NCBI GenBank assembly: GCA_002842495.1
Contig: PHDB01000011.1
Span: 4,210-68,209 of the forward strand
Direction of reading: 5' to 3'
DNA length: 64,000 bases
DNA from: Bacteroidetes bacterium HGW-Bacteroidetes-6
Lineage (GTDB): Bacteria > Bacteroidota > Bacteroidia > Bacteroidales > DTU049
The position numbers and the translations under genes are program-made. This document shows, in pieces, positions 1-8,130 of the stretch. The number at the start of each line of letters is the position of its first letter. Position 1 is the first letter of the stretch. The notes beneath the pieces were generated by a model that saw only the letters and a program-made list of their open reading frames with translations, was not told the origin of the DNA and did no database searches.

Positions 1-2318
1 AAGAAGATGTATTTGCAGTGCTTCGCAACTTTAAATACATCGTTCCACAAGGTAGTCCTATGGCCGGTATTGGAAATAATTTTCAAATTGCCAGTCTTTC
101 AAACTGCTTTGTTATTGGTAATGTGAAAGCCGATTCATATGGCGGAATTATGAAAGTTGATGAAGAACAGGTGCAACTAATGAAGCGCCGTGGCGGAGTA
201 GGTCACGACCTCAGTCATATTCGCCCGAAAGGTTCTCCTGTGAAAAATAGTGCTCTTACATCAACAGGCATTGTTCCGTTTATGGAACGTTACAGCAACT
301 CTACACGTGAAGTTGCTCAGGATGGTCGTCGTGGTGCATTGATGCTCAGTATTTCAATAAATCACCCTGATTCGGAAAGCTTTATTGATGCAAAAATGGA
401 GCAGGGTAAAATTACCGGAGCCAACGTTTCGGTTCGTATCGACGACGAGTTTATGAATTCGGTGGTTTCCGGAAAAGATTATACTCAAAAATATCCTACT
501 CACTCCGAAAATCCTGTTTTCTCCCGCACCATTAACCCAAAAGATTTGTGGGGGAAAATAGTTCATAATGCATGGAAATCAGCTGAACCCGGTATTCTGT
601 TTTGGGATACAATCAAACGTGAATCGGTTCCCGATTGTTATGCAGATCTTGGATTTGAAACTGTTTCAACCAATCCTTGTGGTGAAATTCCGCTTTGTCC
701 TTACGACAGTTGCAGACTGTTGGCTATTAACCTGTATGGTTATGTGGAAAATCCATTTACAAGTGAAGCTACATTTAATTTGCCTTTGTTTAAAGAGCAT
801 GTTTGGGTTGCTCAGCGAATCATGGACGATATTATCGACCTTGAACTCGAAAAAGTAGATGCCATTCTTCAGAAAATTGATGCTGACCCTGAAAAAGAGG
901 AAATCAAGCGTACCGAACGTGACCTCTGGCTTAAAATTAAAGAGAAAGCTCTTCAGGGACGTCGTACAGGTATTGGAATCACAGCCGAAGGCGACATGCT
1001 TGCCGCTCTTGGCTTGCGTTATGGAAGTGACGAAGGTATCGACTTTAGTGTCAATATTCATAAAATTCTCGCTATCGAAGCATACAGGGGTTCTGTGAAT
1101 TTGGCTGCCGAGCGTGGAGCCTTCGAAGTTTATGATTACGAAAGAGAGAAGAACAATCCTTTCATTAATCGATTATTCGAAGCCGATTCGAGTCTTCAGG
1201 AAAATATGAAGAAATTTGGCCGTCGTAATATTGCACTACTTACCATTGCTCCAACCGGAAGTGTAAGTATCCTTACACAAACAACTTCTGGGATAGAGCC
1301 TGTGTTTTTACCAACATACAAACGTCGTAAAAAGGTAAATCCGAACGATCAAAATACAAATGTGACATTTGTTGACGAAATTGGTGATAGCTGGGAAGAA
1401 TTTACTGTTTTTCACCCACGTTTCATTACATGGTTGTCAGTGAATGGTTACGATGTTGATGAAGTACGCTATCACTATACACAAGAACAACTCAATGAGC
1501 TTGTTGAAAAATCGCCATATCACAAAGCCACCAGCAATGATGTTGATTGGGTGAGCAAAGTGAAAATGCAGGGCGCTATCCAGAAATGGGTCGATCACAG
1601 TATTAGTGTTACTGTAAATGTTCCTGAACAAGTTGATGAAAGTATGATAGACTTGGTGTATCGAACAGCCTGGGAAAGTGGTTGCAAAGGTGTAACAGTA
1701 TATCGCGATGGTTCTCGTTCGGGTGTGTTGGTTGCTGATAACAAGACCGAAGCGAAAATCGAAGACGATTTTACCGAAACCAGTGCTCCTGTCCGCCCGC
1801 ATCGTCTTGAGGCCAATGTTTTGCGTTTCAATAATGGAAGCGAAAAATGGATTGCAGTGGTCGGTATTCTCAACAATCGTCCTTACGAAGTATTTACCGG
1901 GAAAGCTGACAACTTTGTATTACCCGAGTTTGTGAAAAACGGCTGGGTTATTCGCGAAAAAAATAAGAATGAAAGGGCCCGTTACGATTTTGAATTTCTA
2001 GATAAAGATGGCTACGAAGTTACTATTCGCGGACTGTCGCGTACGTTCAGCCCTGAGTATTGGAACTACGCTAAATTGATATCAGGTGTTCTTCGTCATG
2101 GAATGCCTATTCCATATGTGGTTGAGCTTATTGAAAATCTTCAGTTCGATAACGATAATATTAATACATGGCGAGCTGGAGTTGTGCGTGCACTTAAACA
2201 GTTTATTCCTGATGGAACAAAAGCTCAAACTAAATGTCCGAAATGTGATACCGATTCGTTGCGATACGTTGAGGGATGTGCAACTTGTACCAATTGTGGC
2301 TACTCGAAATGTGGCTGA
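1..2318 (+). CDS. nrdJ: Class II (adenosylcobalamin-dependent) ribonucleotide reductase, C-terminal ~770 aa. The 5' end lies outside the window.
   Basis: ORF 18..2318 stays open in frame back to base 3 (EDVFAV upstream of the listed start). It has the RNR active-site loop TNPCGEIPL, the GCKGVTVYRDGSR block and a C-terminal zinc-ribbon CPKC..CATCTNCG. Confidence 0.85.
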   Translation, partial: EDVFAVLRNFKYIVPQGSPMAGIGNNFQIASLSNCFVIGNVKADSYGGIMKVDEEQVQLMKRRGGVGHDLSHIRPKGSPVKNSALTSTGIVPFMERYSNSTREVAQDGRRGALMLSISINHPDSESFIDAKMEQGKITGANVSVRIDDEFMNSVVSGKDYTQKYPTHSENPVFSRTINPKDLWGKIVHNAWKSAEPGILFWDTIKRESVPDCYADLGFETVSTNPCGEIPLCPYDSCRLLAINLYGYVENPFTSEATFNLPLFKEHVWVAQRIMDDIIDLELEKVDAILQKIDADPEKEEIKRTERDLWLKIKEKALQGRRTGIGITAEGDMLAALGLRYGSDEGIDFSVNIHKILAIEAYRGSVNLAAERGAFEVYDYEREKNNPFINRLFEADSSLQENMKKFGRRNIALLTIAPTGSVSILTQTTSGIEPVFLPTYKRRKKVNPNDQNTNVTFVDEIGDSWEEFTVFHPRFITWLSVNGYDVDEVRYHYTQEQLNELVEKSPYHKATSNDVDWVSKVKMQGAIQKWVDHSISVTVNVPEQVDESMIDLVYRTAWESGCKGVTVYRDGSRSGVLVADNKTEAKIEDDFTETSAPVRPHRLEANVLRFNNGSEKWIAVVGILNNRPYEVFTGKADNFVLPEFVKNGWVIREKNKNERARYDFEFLDKDGYEVTIRGLSRTFSPEYWNYAKLISGVLRHGMPIPYVVELIENLQFDNDNINTWRAGVVRALKQFIPDGTKAQTKCPKCDTDSLRYVEGCATCTNCGYSKCG

Positions 2319-2340
2319 CAAAATAAACCAACAAAACCAA

Positions 2341-2375
2341 GCCGGAATCACTGAAAAGAGGTTCCGGCCTTTTTA
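2341..2375 (+). terminator. Rho-independent terminator after nrdJ
   Basis: A 7-bp stem GCCGGAA / TTCCGGC is followed by a T-run and lies 23 bp after the nrdJ stop. Confidence 0.5.
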
Positions 2376-2376
2376 T

Positions 2377-2415
2377 AAAAAAAAAGCTGATTCTGTTTGT
2401 TTTGAATCAGCTTTT
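2377..2415 (-). terminator. Terminator after the rubrerythrin gene (convergent with the nrdJ terminator)
   Basis: A 9-bp stem AGCTGATTC / GAATCAGCT is flanked by an A-run and a T-run, directly downstream of the minus-strand stop at 2439. Confidence 0.55.
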
Positions 2416-2438
2416 GGTAATATTTATAGCTTTGGATA

Positions 2439-3101
2439 CTATTCGATGACGTAGAATTTTTCCTTGCTGGTTCCGCAAAGTTCACAATTTTCTTTCACAT
2501 CGTTTTTGTCGTATGTAAATCCGCATTTTGGACAAACATAGTATTCGGCGGCCAACGATTTTTCTTTATCTGCATTAACTGCATCAATAGCACTTTGATA
2601 AAGTTTTATGTGTTTTTTCTCGGTGTCTATTGCATAAGTGAAAGTTTGAACTGCTTTATCTTCTTTATCGACTTCGGCTTGTTTAATAAAATCGGCATAC
2701 ATGGTTTCCACTTCGTATGTTTCGCCTTCCAGTGCAGCCGTAAGGTTCTCAAGAGTTGTTCCGATAGAGAATGTGTCGGCTTTGGGTTCGAATGTTACCC
2801 CCAAGCCTTCAAGCACTTTGAGATGATTTTGGGCATGAATAGATTCGCTTTTTGAGGTTGCTTCGAACATTTTTGCAATCGATAAGTAACCTTCTTCTTT
2901 TGCTTTTTTAGCAAATTCTGCATACTTAGTACTGGCAGTTGTTTCGCCAACAGATGCATCCTTGAGGTTTTTAATGGTGGCCGACTCTTGCTGTGTGCTG
3001 TCGGTATTATTCTTGTTGTCATTTTTTTTCGAACCGCCACAACTGGCAAAAACGAGGGCAACAACAACTGCCATTGAGTAAATCAACAGGTTTTTTTTCA
3101 T
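2439..3101 (-). CDS. Rubrerythrin-family protein with a lipoprotein signal peptide
   Basis: The signal peptide has a lipobox (LVFASC/GG) followed by a low-complexity linker. Diiron ligands follow the rubrerythrin pattern (GETTAS..Y, ESIH, EGETYE, EKKH). A C-terminal rubredoxin-like CPKC...CELC site is present. Confidence 0.8.
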   Translation of the reverse strand: MKKNLLIYSMAVVVALVFASCGGSKKNDNKNNTDSTQQESATIKNLKDASVGETTASTKYAEFAKKAKEEGYLSIAKMFEATSKSESIHAQNHLKVLEGLGVTFEPKADTFSIGTTLENLTAALEGETYEVETMYADFIKQAEVDKEDKAVQTFTYAIDTEKKHIKLYQSAIDAVNADKEKSLAAEYYVCPKCGFTYDKNDVKENCELCGTSKEKFYVIE

Positions 3102-3127
3102 GAGATTTGTGTTTATTTATTTGAAAT

Positions 3128-3559
3128 TCAGAAGCCTATCATAAAGTTGTACACCAGCGAACCACCAAGGAATCCGGTGTAAGCAACTGAAGCTGTCCCA
3201 ATTGCATACATTGCAAAAACAACCCATTTCATAAATCCGTTGTCTTTCTTTGTTAGAACAGTAAAAATACGTAATGCCGAAGCTGCAATCATCACATACA
3301 TGGTTATTTTTGCAAATAATTCGTGATTTTCTTTGAGCTCTCCGGCAGCACCAGTCATTTCCTGTGTGAAGTATTCACCGGTGAAATATCCGGCAACTGC
3401 ACCCAGTGTTCCCAGAATCATCAGATAAAAACCAAGTTTTGAAAGGCAAGGCTCTTTTTTTGAGAAAAAAAGGCTGATAACATCTGCAAGAAAACCTACA
3501 GCTAATAATGCAACAGGAAAATGCACAATCATGGGGTGAAAATGACTAGTATCAAACAT
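3128..3559 (-). CDS. DUF2231-type integral membrane protein
   Basis: The 143-aa ORF has about four hydrophobic helices and the N-terminal HPMIVHFPVALL signature of DUF2231. It lies 26 bp upstream of the rubrerythrin gene on the same strand. Confidence 0.65.
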   Translation of the reverse strand: MFDTSHFHPMIVHFPVALLAVGFLADVISLFFSKKEPCLSKLGFYLMILGTLGAVAGYFTGEYFTQEMTGAAGELKENHELFAKITMYVMIAASALRIFTVLTKKDNGFMKWVVFAMYAIGTASVAYTGFLGGSLVYNFMIGF

Positions 3560-3692
3560 AATTTTTTTTACAAATTTACAATGAATTTAAAAGCAAAAAG
3601 CAATTCTTCTATAAATTAACTCTGATTATTATCATCTATTGTCGAAAAAATATATTATTACAACGGAATATTTGATTTATGTTTACGTTTTT

Positions 3693-3730
3693 AAAAAGAA
3701 AGCTGCCTGATTTCAGGCAGCTTTCTTTTT
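3693..3730 (-). terminator. Terminator after the M2 peptidase gene
   Basis: A long inverted repeat AAAAAGAAAGCTGCCTGA / TCAGGCAGCTTTCTTTTT lies 22 bp downstream of the stop at 3752. Confidence 0.6.
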
Positions 3731-3751
3731 AAATTAAAATAAATAACTGGC

Positions 3752-5461
3752 TTATTTGCCGTTTACAAATTGTTCGGCATAGTATTTCGCAGTAAGCTTT
3801 TCACCTGTAGCCATTTCTATCATTTGGTTCCAGTTGTATTTTGAACCAACCGAAAGTACTTTGTCAATCAGATATTTACCAACCTCTTTGTTGTTGAAAT
3901 AGCTTGCGCCATTCACATCCTCTTGCTTCATGATTTTTGTAACAATGTAATGGTTGAGCTGACTTGCAAGTAGTTCGCCTAAATGGTAGTTGTGGTAATA
4001 ACAGGGTGAAGTTGCAATATGAATTTTTGAAGCCCAGTCGGGATTATTACGACCTTCGGGTTTTTTAACAAGTTGATATTTTTCAACCAAATCCCACCAC
4101 AATTTGTTCAGATCCTGATCCGGATTTTCGTATAGTCCTTTTTCGAAGCGGTACATAACTTGCGACCAACGACTAAAAACAAGTTGTTCCAGGCGGGTGT
4201 ATTTATATGCTTCATCTTTAATTTTAGCTTTTTCTTCGTCGCTGATTCCCAACATATCCTGCATCCACTGAGCATTGCTGGCCATGCGCCCAAATATCAT
4301 GGCAATGGCTTCGGTTGTGAAAGTGTGAGCTGGTTCTCGTAGTACGAAAGGTAAGTCGCGACTGATATATTTGTCGTAAACAGCATGTCCGAATTCGTGC
4401 AACATGGTGTTCATCCATTTGCTATTGTCAGTAACGTTGCACAATACACGGACATCACCTTCGTTGTCGATATCGGTGCAGAAAGCATGCTGATTTTTCC
4501 CTTCTTTCTCGAAAAGATCAGAATTTTTTACAATATCCGTAATATCCATTCCTAAACTTGCATAGTAATCGACCGTGAGTTTTACGAGATCTTTGCCTTT
4601 GTAGTATTTGTCGAGATTGAGCGAGTAAATTTTTGGAGCTTCTTGAAAGAATCGATTCTGATAATGCCAAGGTTTAAGTTCTGTTACAGGTATTTTGAAA
4701 CGAGCCGAAAGAAAAGAATCAATTTCGCCTTTCAACTGAGCATAAGAGTCGCGGGTGAGGTCGTCTAGTTCGTTAAACAGGTCCTCAATTTCAGCAGGGT
4801 CTTGCTCGCTGAGTTTAAGACTCATTTCATGGTAATTGTTAAACCCAAGACTTTTAGCTACTTCATTGCGCTTTTTCACCAATGCTATAATGTCGGCCGA
4901 AACATTTTCTCCAATCTTTTTAGAACCGCACCAAACATTTTCTAACAATTTACTATCGGTCGATTCAACAAGAGTGGTCTCAACTTCGTTATCTGTTAGT
5001 GAATCACCTTCAACAACCACACGGTATGTGTTGAATTTTTGCGAAATCGCCGTTTCCATCCCTATAATATCGTTCAGGAGTTTTTCGTCGACCTGATTGC
5101 TCTGATAGGCATTGAAGAGTACATCGAGCTCTCTGTCGAGCAAAGAATCTTTTACTCCACCAGCATCTTTTACCTTCTTCAGGAATTCAAAGTCTTCTTT
5201 GTTGGTGAAAACTTTGGTGTATTTAATGCCAAGTTCTTCTACCTTATTATAATCTTCTTCTTTTCCGCTTATTTCAGCATTCCATGCAGCCAGCGAATAC
5301 TCTTTAGTAAGTGGACGAATGGTGTCTTCGAATTTTTTGATAAAAGTTTGAAGATCGGTTTTCATGTCTCCTCCTTCTTTTTTACCACCACAGCTGGTTA
5401 TTCCCGTAACCAAAATGGCTGAAAGTAGTGTCATTAAAAAAATGTTTTTCTTGTTTTTCAT
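3752..5461 (-). CDS. M2-family (angiotensin-converting-enzyme-like) zinc metallopeptidase, lipoprotein
   Basis: The lipobox is GITSC/GG. The zinc site HEFGH is followed by DLPFVLREPAHTFTTEAIA, which parallels the HEMGH...LR.GANPGFHEAIGD block of M2 peptidases. Confidence 0.7.
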   Translation of the reverse strand: MKNKKNIFLMTLLSAILVTGITSCGGKKEGGDMKTDLQTFIKKFEDTIRPLTKEYSLAAWNAEISGKEEDYNKVEELGIKYTKVFTNKEDFEFLKKVKDAGGVKDSLLDRELDVLFNAYQSNQVDEKLLNDIIGMETAISQKFNTYRVVVEGDSLTDNEVETTLVESTDSKLLENVWCGSKKIGENVSADIIALVKKRNEVAKSLGFNNYHEMSLKLSEQDPAEIEDLFNELDDLTRDSYAQLKGEIDSFLSARFKIPVTELKPWHYQNRFFQEAPKIYSLNLDKYYKGKDLVKLTVDYYASLGMDITDIVKNSDLFEKEGKNQHAFCTDIDNEGDVRVLCNVTDNSKWMNTMLHEFGHAVYDKYISRDLPFVLREPAHTFTTEAIAMIFGRMASNAQWMQDMLGISDEEKAKIKDEAYKYTRLEQLVFSRWSQVMYRFEKGLYENPDQDLNKLWWDLVEKYQLVKKPEGRNNPDWASKIHIATSPCYYHNYHLGELLASQLNHYIVTKIMKQEDVNGASYFNNKEVGKYLIDKVLSVGSKYNWNQMIEMATGEKLTAKYYAEQFVNGK

Positions 5462-5656
5462 TTTCCCGGTTTTTGTAGCGCAAATTAATGAATAATTTCA
5501 CAATAAATACCGCTTTTTATTCAACTTTGTGTAATTCCTTGACGTGTTGGATAATTTTACAGATATTTGTGTCTTTAGTATTGCATGTTTTAGCGTAACG
5601 AATACTATTTCGGTCACAATTTTCGTTTCGAATGTAATGCATGCCACGAATAATTG

Positions 5657-5664
5657 TATTTTTG
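5657..5664 (+). promoter_or_regulatory. Bacteroidota-type -7 promoter box TATTTTTG
   Basis: It matches TAnnTTTG and ends 24 bp upstream of the ATG at 5688. This supports the internal start choice. Confidence 0.35.
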
Positions 5665-5687
5665 TAATTCAAACGAGGTTGAAAACT

Positions 5688-6203
5688 ATGAAACGAATTC
5701 TTCTCTTGCTTTCGGTAACGACCCTTTTATTAAGCGGTTGTAATATGTTTAGACTGCATGGCGATCATGCTCGTCACGCTTATCTCAACAAAGTCCCTGT
5801 AAATTCAACTCAAACAGTAGCAGATGTAGTGGTTCCCGAGCCTATCGACACTCCTGAAGACGCAATTATTAATTTTACGGAACCAAAATCCGATGTTGCT
5901 TCAACCGAAGTTGTGGTTGAGAAAAATACTCCTACAACAGCAAACTCTCACCGCCTCGAGCGGATTATTGATAAAGTACAAAACAAGCATCTTACCACAG
6001 CCTTTAAATCGCAAGCCAAAGCTCACGTGAGCGAAGATCAGAATTATATCGATCCGGTTACATTGTTGGTTTGGGTAGTTGTTATAGCACTTATCCTTAT
6101 TATTCTTGGCGTTGTTATTCCTGGGATTTTAGATATAGTACTTGCACTTTTATTGGTGATGCTTCTTGTAATGGCAATTCTATATCTGGCCGGAAATATG
6201 TAG
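5688..6203 (+). CDS. Hypothetical lipoprotein with a hydrophobic C-terminal anchor
   Basis: The internal ATG gives MKRILLLLSVTTLLLSGC (lipobox), and the C-terminus has two hydrophobic helices. The upstream part of ORF 5544 has no such features. No family was recognised. Confidence 0.5.
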   Translation: MKRILLLLSVTTLLLSGCNMFRLHGDHARHAYLNKVPVNSTQTVADVVVPEPIDTPEDAIINFTEPKSDVASTEVVVEKNTPTTANSHRLERIIDKVQNKHLTTAFKSQAKAHVSEDQNYIDPVTLLVWVVVIALILIILGVVIPGILDIVLALLLVMLLVMAILYLAGNM

Positions 6204-6207
6204 TTTT

Positions 6208-7389
6208 TTATTCAAAAATAATATCAGCCAAGTCGGCGCGAAACTGATAGAATGTATCAGCCAGTGTGCTGCTTCCGTTGGTTCCATAGTTGATAATGAA
6301 AGCCATGGTGGTGTTGTTTTTGGGAAACCAGAAAGCATCGGCACTATAGGCTAGATCGCGACCGCGATGCCCCAACCCGTATTCCAATGGATCGGCTCTG
6401 TCGATAAAATCTTTGTAGATGCCAAGTCCGAATTGACGGTAACCATCAAGGTCGATTGCAGTGAATGTTTGCATTTCGGCCAGCATGGGATCGCTGAGCA
6501 ATGTTTTTTCAACAAACAAAGCCTCAGTAAACTTCTGTAAATCGCGCACATCCATATACAGACCAGTGTATCCGTTGCCACTGCCTGTGTTGTAGTTGCT
6601 CAGGTTGAGAATATGTCCGTTGTTGTACAAATCGAAATATCCTTGAGCTGTATAGGCTGGCAAGGCATCGTGGTAAAAATAGTACGTGTTTTCGAGATGT
6701 AGAGGGTCAATTATTCTTTCGTGTAACAATCCGTCGTGACTACGGCCAGTTGCCGATTCAATAATCATCGATATCAGTAAATAATTGGTGTTCGAATATC
6801 CGGTAGAGTCGCCTGGTGCAAATGCAGCAGGTTTGTTGTATACGTGTTCCAGAATATTATTGGCAGTCCAGTGCTGTTCAGGATTGTTTAATAAGTCGAG
6901 ATAAAAACCCTGATCTGAAATTACATCGTAGATGCCACTGGTGTGATTCATCAATTGACGTAAAGTTACCTGATCAGCGTTCTCAATTTTCTCAATTATG
7001 TCGGCCGGAAGCCAATGGCTGATTTTTGTGTCGAGTTGCAGAATACCTTCGTCAACCAACATCAGGGTAAGTGTTCCCATAAACATTTTGGTAATACTAG
7101 CCACTTTCGAGACAGTACAAGGAGCCATGTCGATATTGTTTTCAATATCGGCTTTCCCTGATGAGCCAATCCATAGTCCGGAGCTATCTCTGATGAGTAG
7201 TGTGATTCCGGGCAAGCCTAAATATGTGTAATGGTCAATCAGATTCTGATAAACCTGCGCTTTGGGGTGTGTTGCGCTGCTGTCGGCGAATGTAAGTTGA
7301 CAATCGCTCGTGTGACCTACTTCATCATCTTTGCAGCCAGCAAACAAGATAACGATAAGAGCAATTGAGAATATTATTTTGTTTTTCAT
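6208..7389 (-). CDS. Serine hydrolase of the beta-lactamase / D-Ala-D-Ala carboxypeptidase (class C-like) family, lipoprotein
   Basis: It has the S-x-x-K motif ASITK and the Y-x-N motif YSNTNY. The internal ATG at 7389 gives MKNKIIFSIALIVILFAGC (lipobox). Confidence 0.8.
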   Translation of the reverse strand: MKNKIIFSIALIVILFAGCKDDEVGHTSDCQLTFADSSATHPKAQVYQNLIDHYTYLGLPGITLLIRDSSGLWIGSSGKADIENNIDMAPCTVSKVASITKMFMGTLTLMLVDEGILQLDTKISHWLPADIIEKIENADQVTLRQLMNHTSGIYDVISDQGFYLDLLNNPEQHWTANNILEHVYNKPAAFAPGDSTGYSNTNYLLISMIIESATGRSHDGLLHERIIDPLHLENTYYFYHDALPAYTAQGYFDLYNNGHILNLSNYNTGSGNGYTGLYMDVRDLQKFTEALFVEKTLLSDPMLAEMQTFTAIDLDGYRQFGLGIYKDFIDRADPLEYGLGHRGRDLAYSADAFWFPKNNTTMAFIINYGTNGSSTLADTFYQFRADLADIIFE

Positions 7390-8000
7390 TTTGATGCGGA
7401 TTTTGGAATGGAAAATGTAAGCGAAAGATGCAAGGCAGTATTGGGCAAAACAGGAACATATTCTTGTACAAAAGGAAACTGAAACCAAACCTGATAATCA
7501 AGTCCGATTCGCATTGGGTGAGAACTTTTGTTATTAATATTGTAGTCAAGTCCAATGGTTAGTCCGCCCATTCCTTGTGGACGACCAAAACGTCCAGCTC
7601 GCTCGTATTCACCATCCGAATTCAATTCGAAAACCTCCATGTCGGGAATGGAATGAAGATAACCCAGTCCTAAAAGAGTTCGAAACGAAAATCCGCAATT
7701 GAATTGATGTTCATATCCGGCTTCGGAATATAGCTGCAAAGCGTGCTGCGCTAAACGATGGTAGAAATAACCCAGTTTGACGGTTTGAAATAAACTATTG
7801 TTTTTGGTCTGCCGATATGTAAATCCGGTTCCAAAGGTAAATCCAGGATGAACAGGCGTGTTGATAATGCCTGCGAAACCACTTCCCGGGAGCAATGTGG
7901 CATTGCTAAAAACACTAAAATAGAATGGCCGAAGTGAGTCGACAGGCGATGCCATAGTAAGAGCCGGTAAAGTCAGAAATAGAAAAACAAGTTTTCTCAT
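7386..8000 (-). CDS. Hypothetical exported protein, possibly a small outer-membrane beta-barrel
   Basis: The ATG at 8000 gives the signal peptide MRKLVFLFLTLPALTMA. The sequence has an alternating aromatic/Gly-rich strand pattern. It overlaps the downstream hydrolase gene by 4 bp (ATGA). Confidence 0.4.
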   Translation of the reverse strand: MRKLVFLFLTLPALTMASPVDSLRPFYFSVFSNATLLPGSGFAGIINTPVHPGFTFGTGFTYRQTKNNSLFQTVKLGYFYHRLAQHALQLYSEAGYEHQFNCGFSFRTLLGLGYLHSIPDMEVFELNSDGEYERAGRFGRPQGMGGLTIGLDYNINNKSSHPMRIGLDYQVWFQFPFVQEYVPVLPNTALHLSLTFSIPKSASK

Positions 8001-8078
8001 TTGAATCAATTTGCAGCGAAATTAAGTATTTCTGGATATTAAAAAGTCGTATTCAGGTTTATAGGAGAATTTTAATAT

Positions 8079-8106
8079 AAAAGGCCACCCTTTTGGGCGG
8101 CCTTTT
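8079..8106 (-). terminator. Terminator after the giant surface-protein gene
   Basis: An imperfect GC-rich hairpin GGCCACCC-TTTT-GGGCGGCC is flanked by A and T runs, 25 bp downstream of the stop at 8131. Confidence 0.5.
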
Positions 8107-8130
8107 ATGAAGATCGATTAACTGTTATTA

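Noticed and set aside
5544-5687. N-terminal extensions proposed by the ORF track. The cases are 5544 vs 5688, 7488 vs 7389, 8009 vs 8000, 24623 vs 24557, 24948 vs 24960, 27985 vs 28030, 34430 vs 34439, 45870 vs 45855, 52894 vs 52870, 54387 vs 54396 and 56547 vs 56574.
   Set aside because: The extensions start at TTG/GTG or overlap the upstream gene or promoter box. The internal ATG yields a canonical signal peptide, lipobox or domain start.
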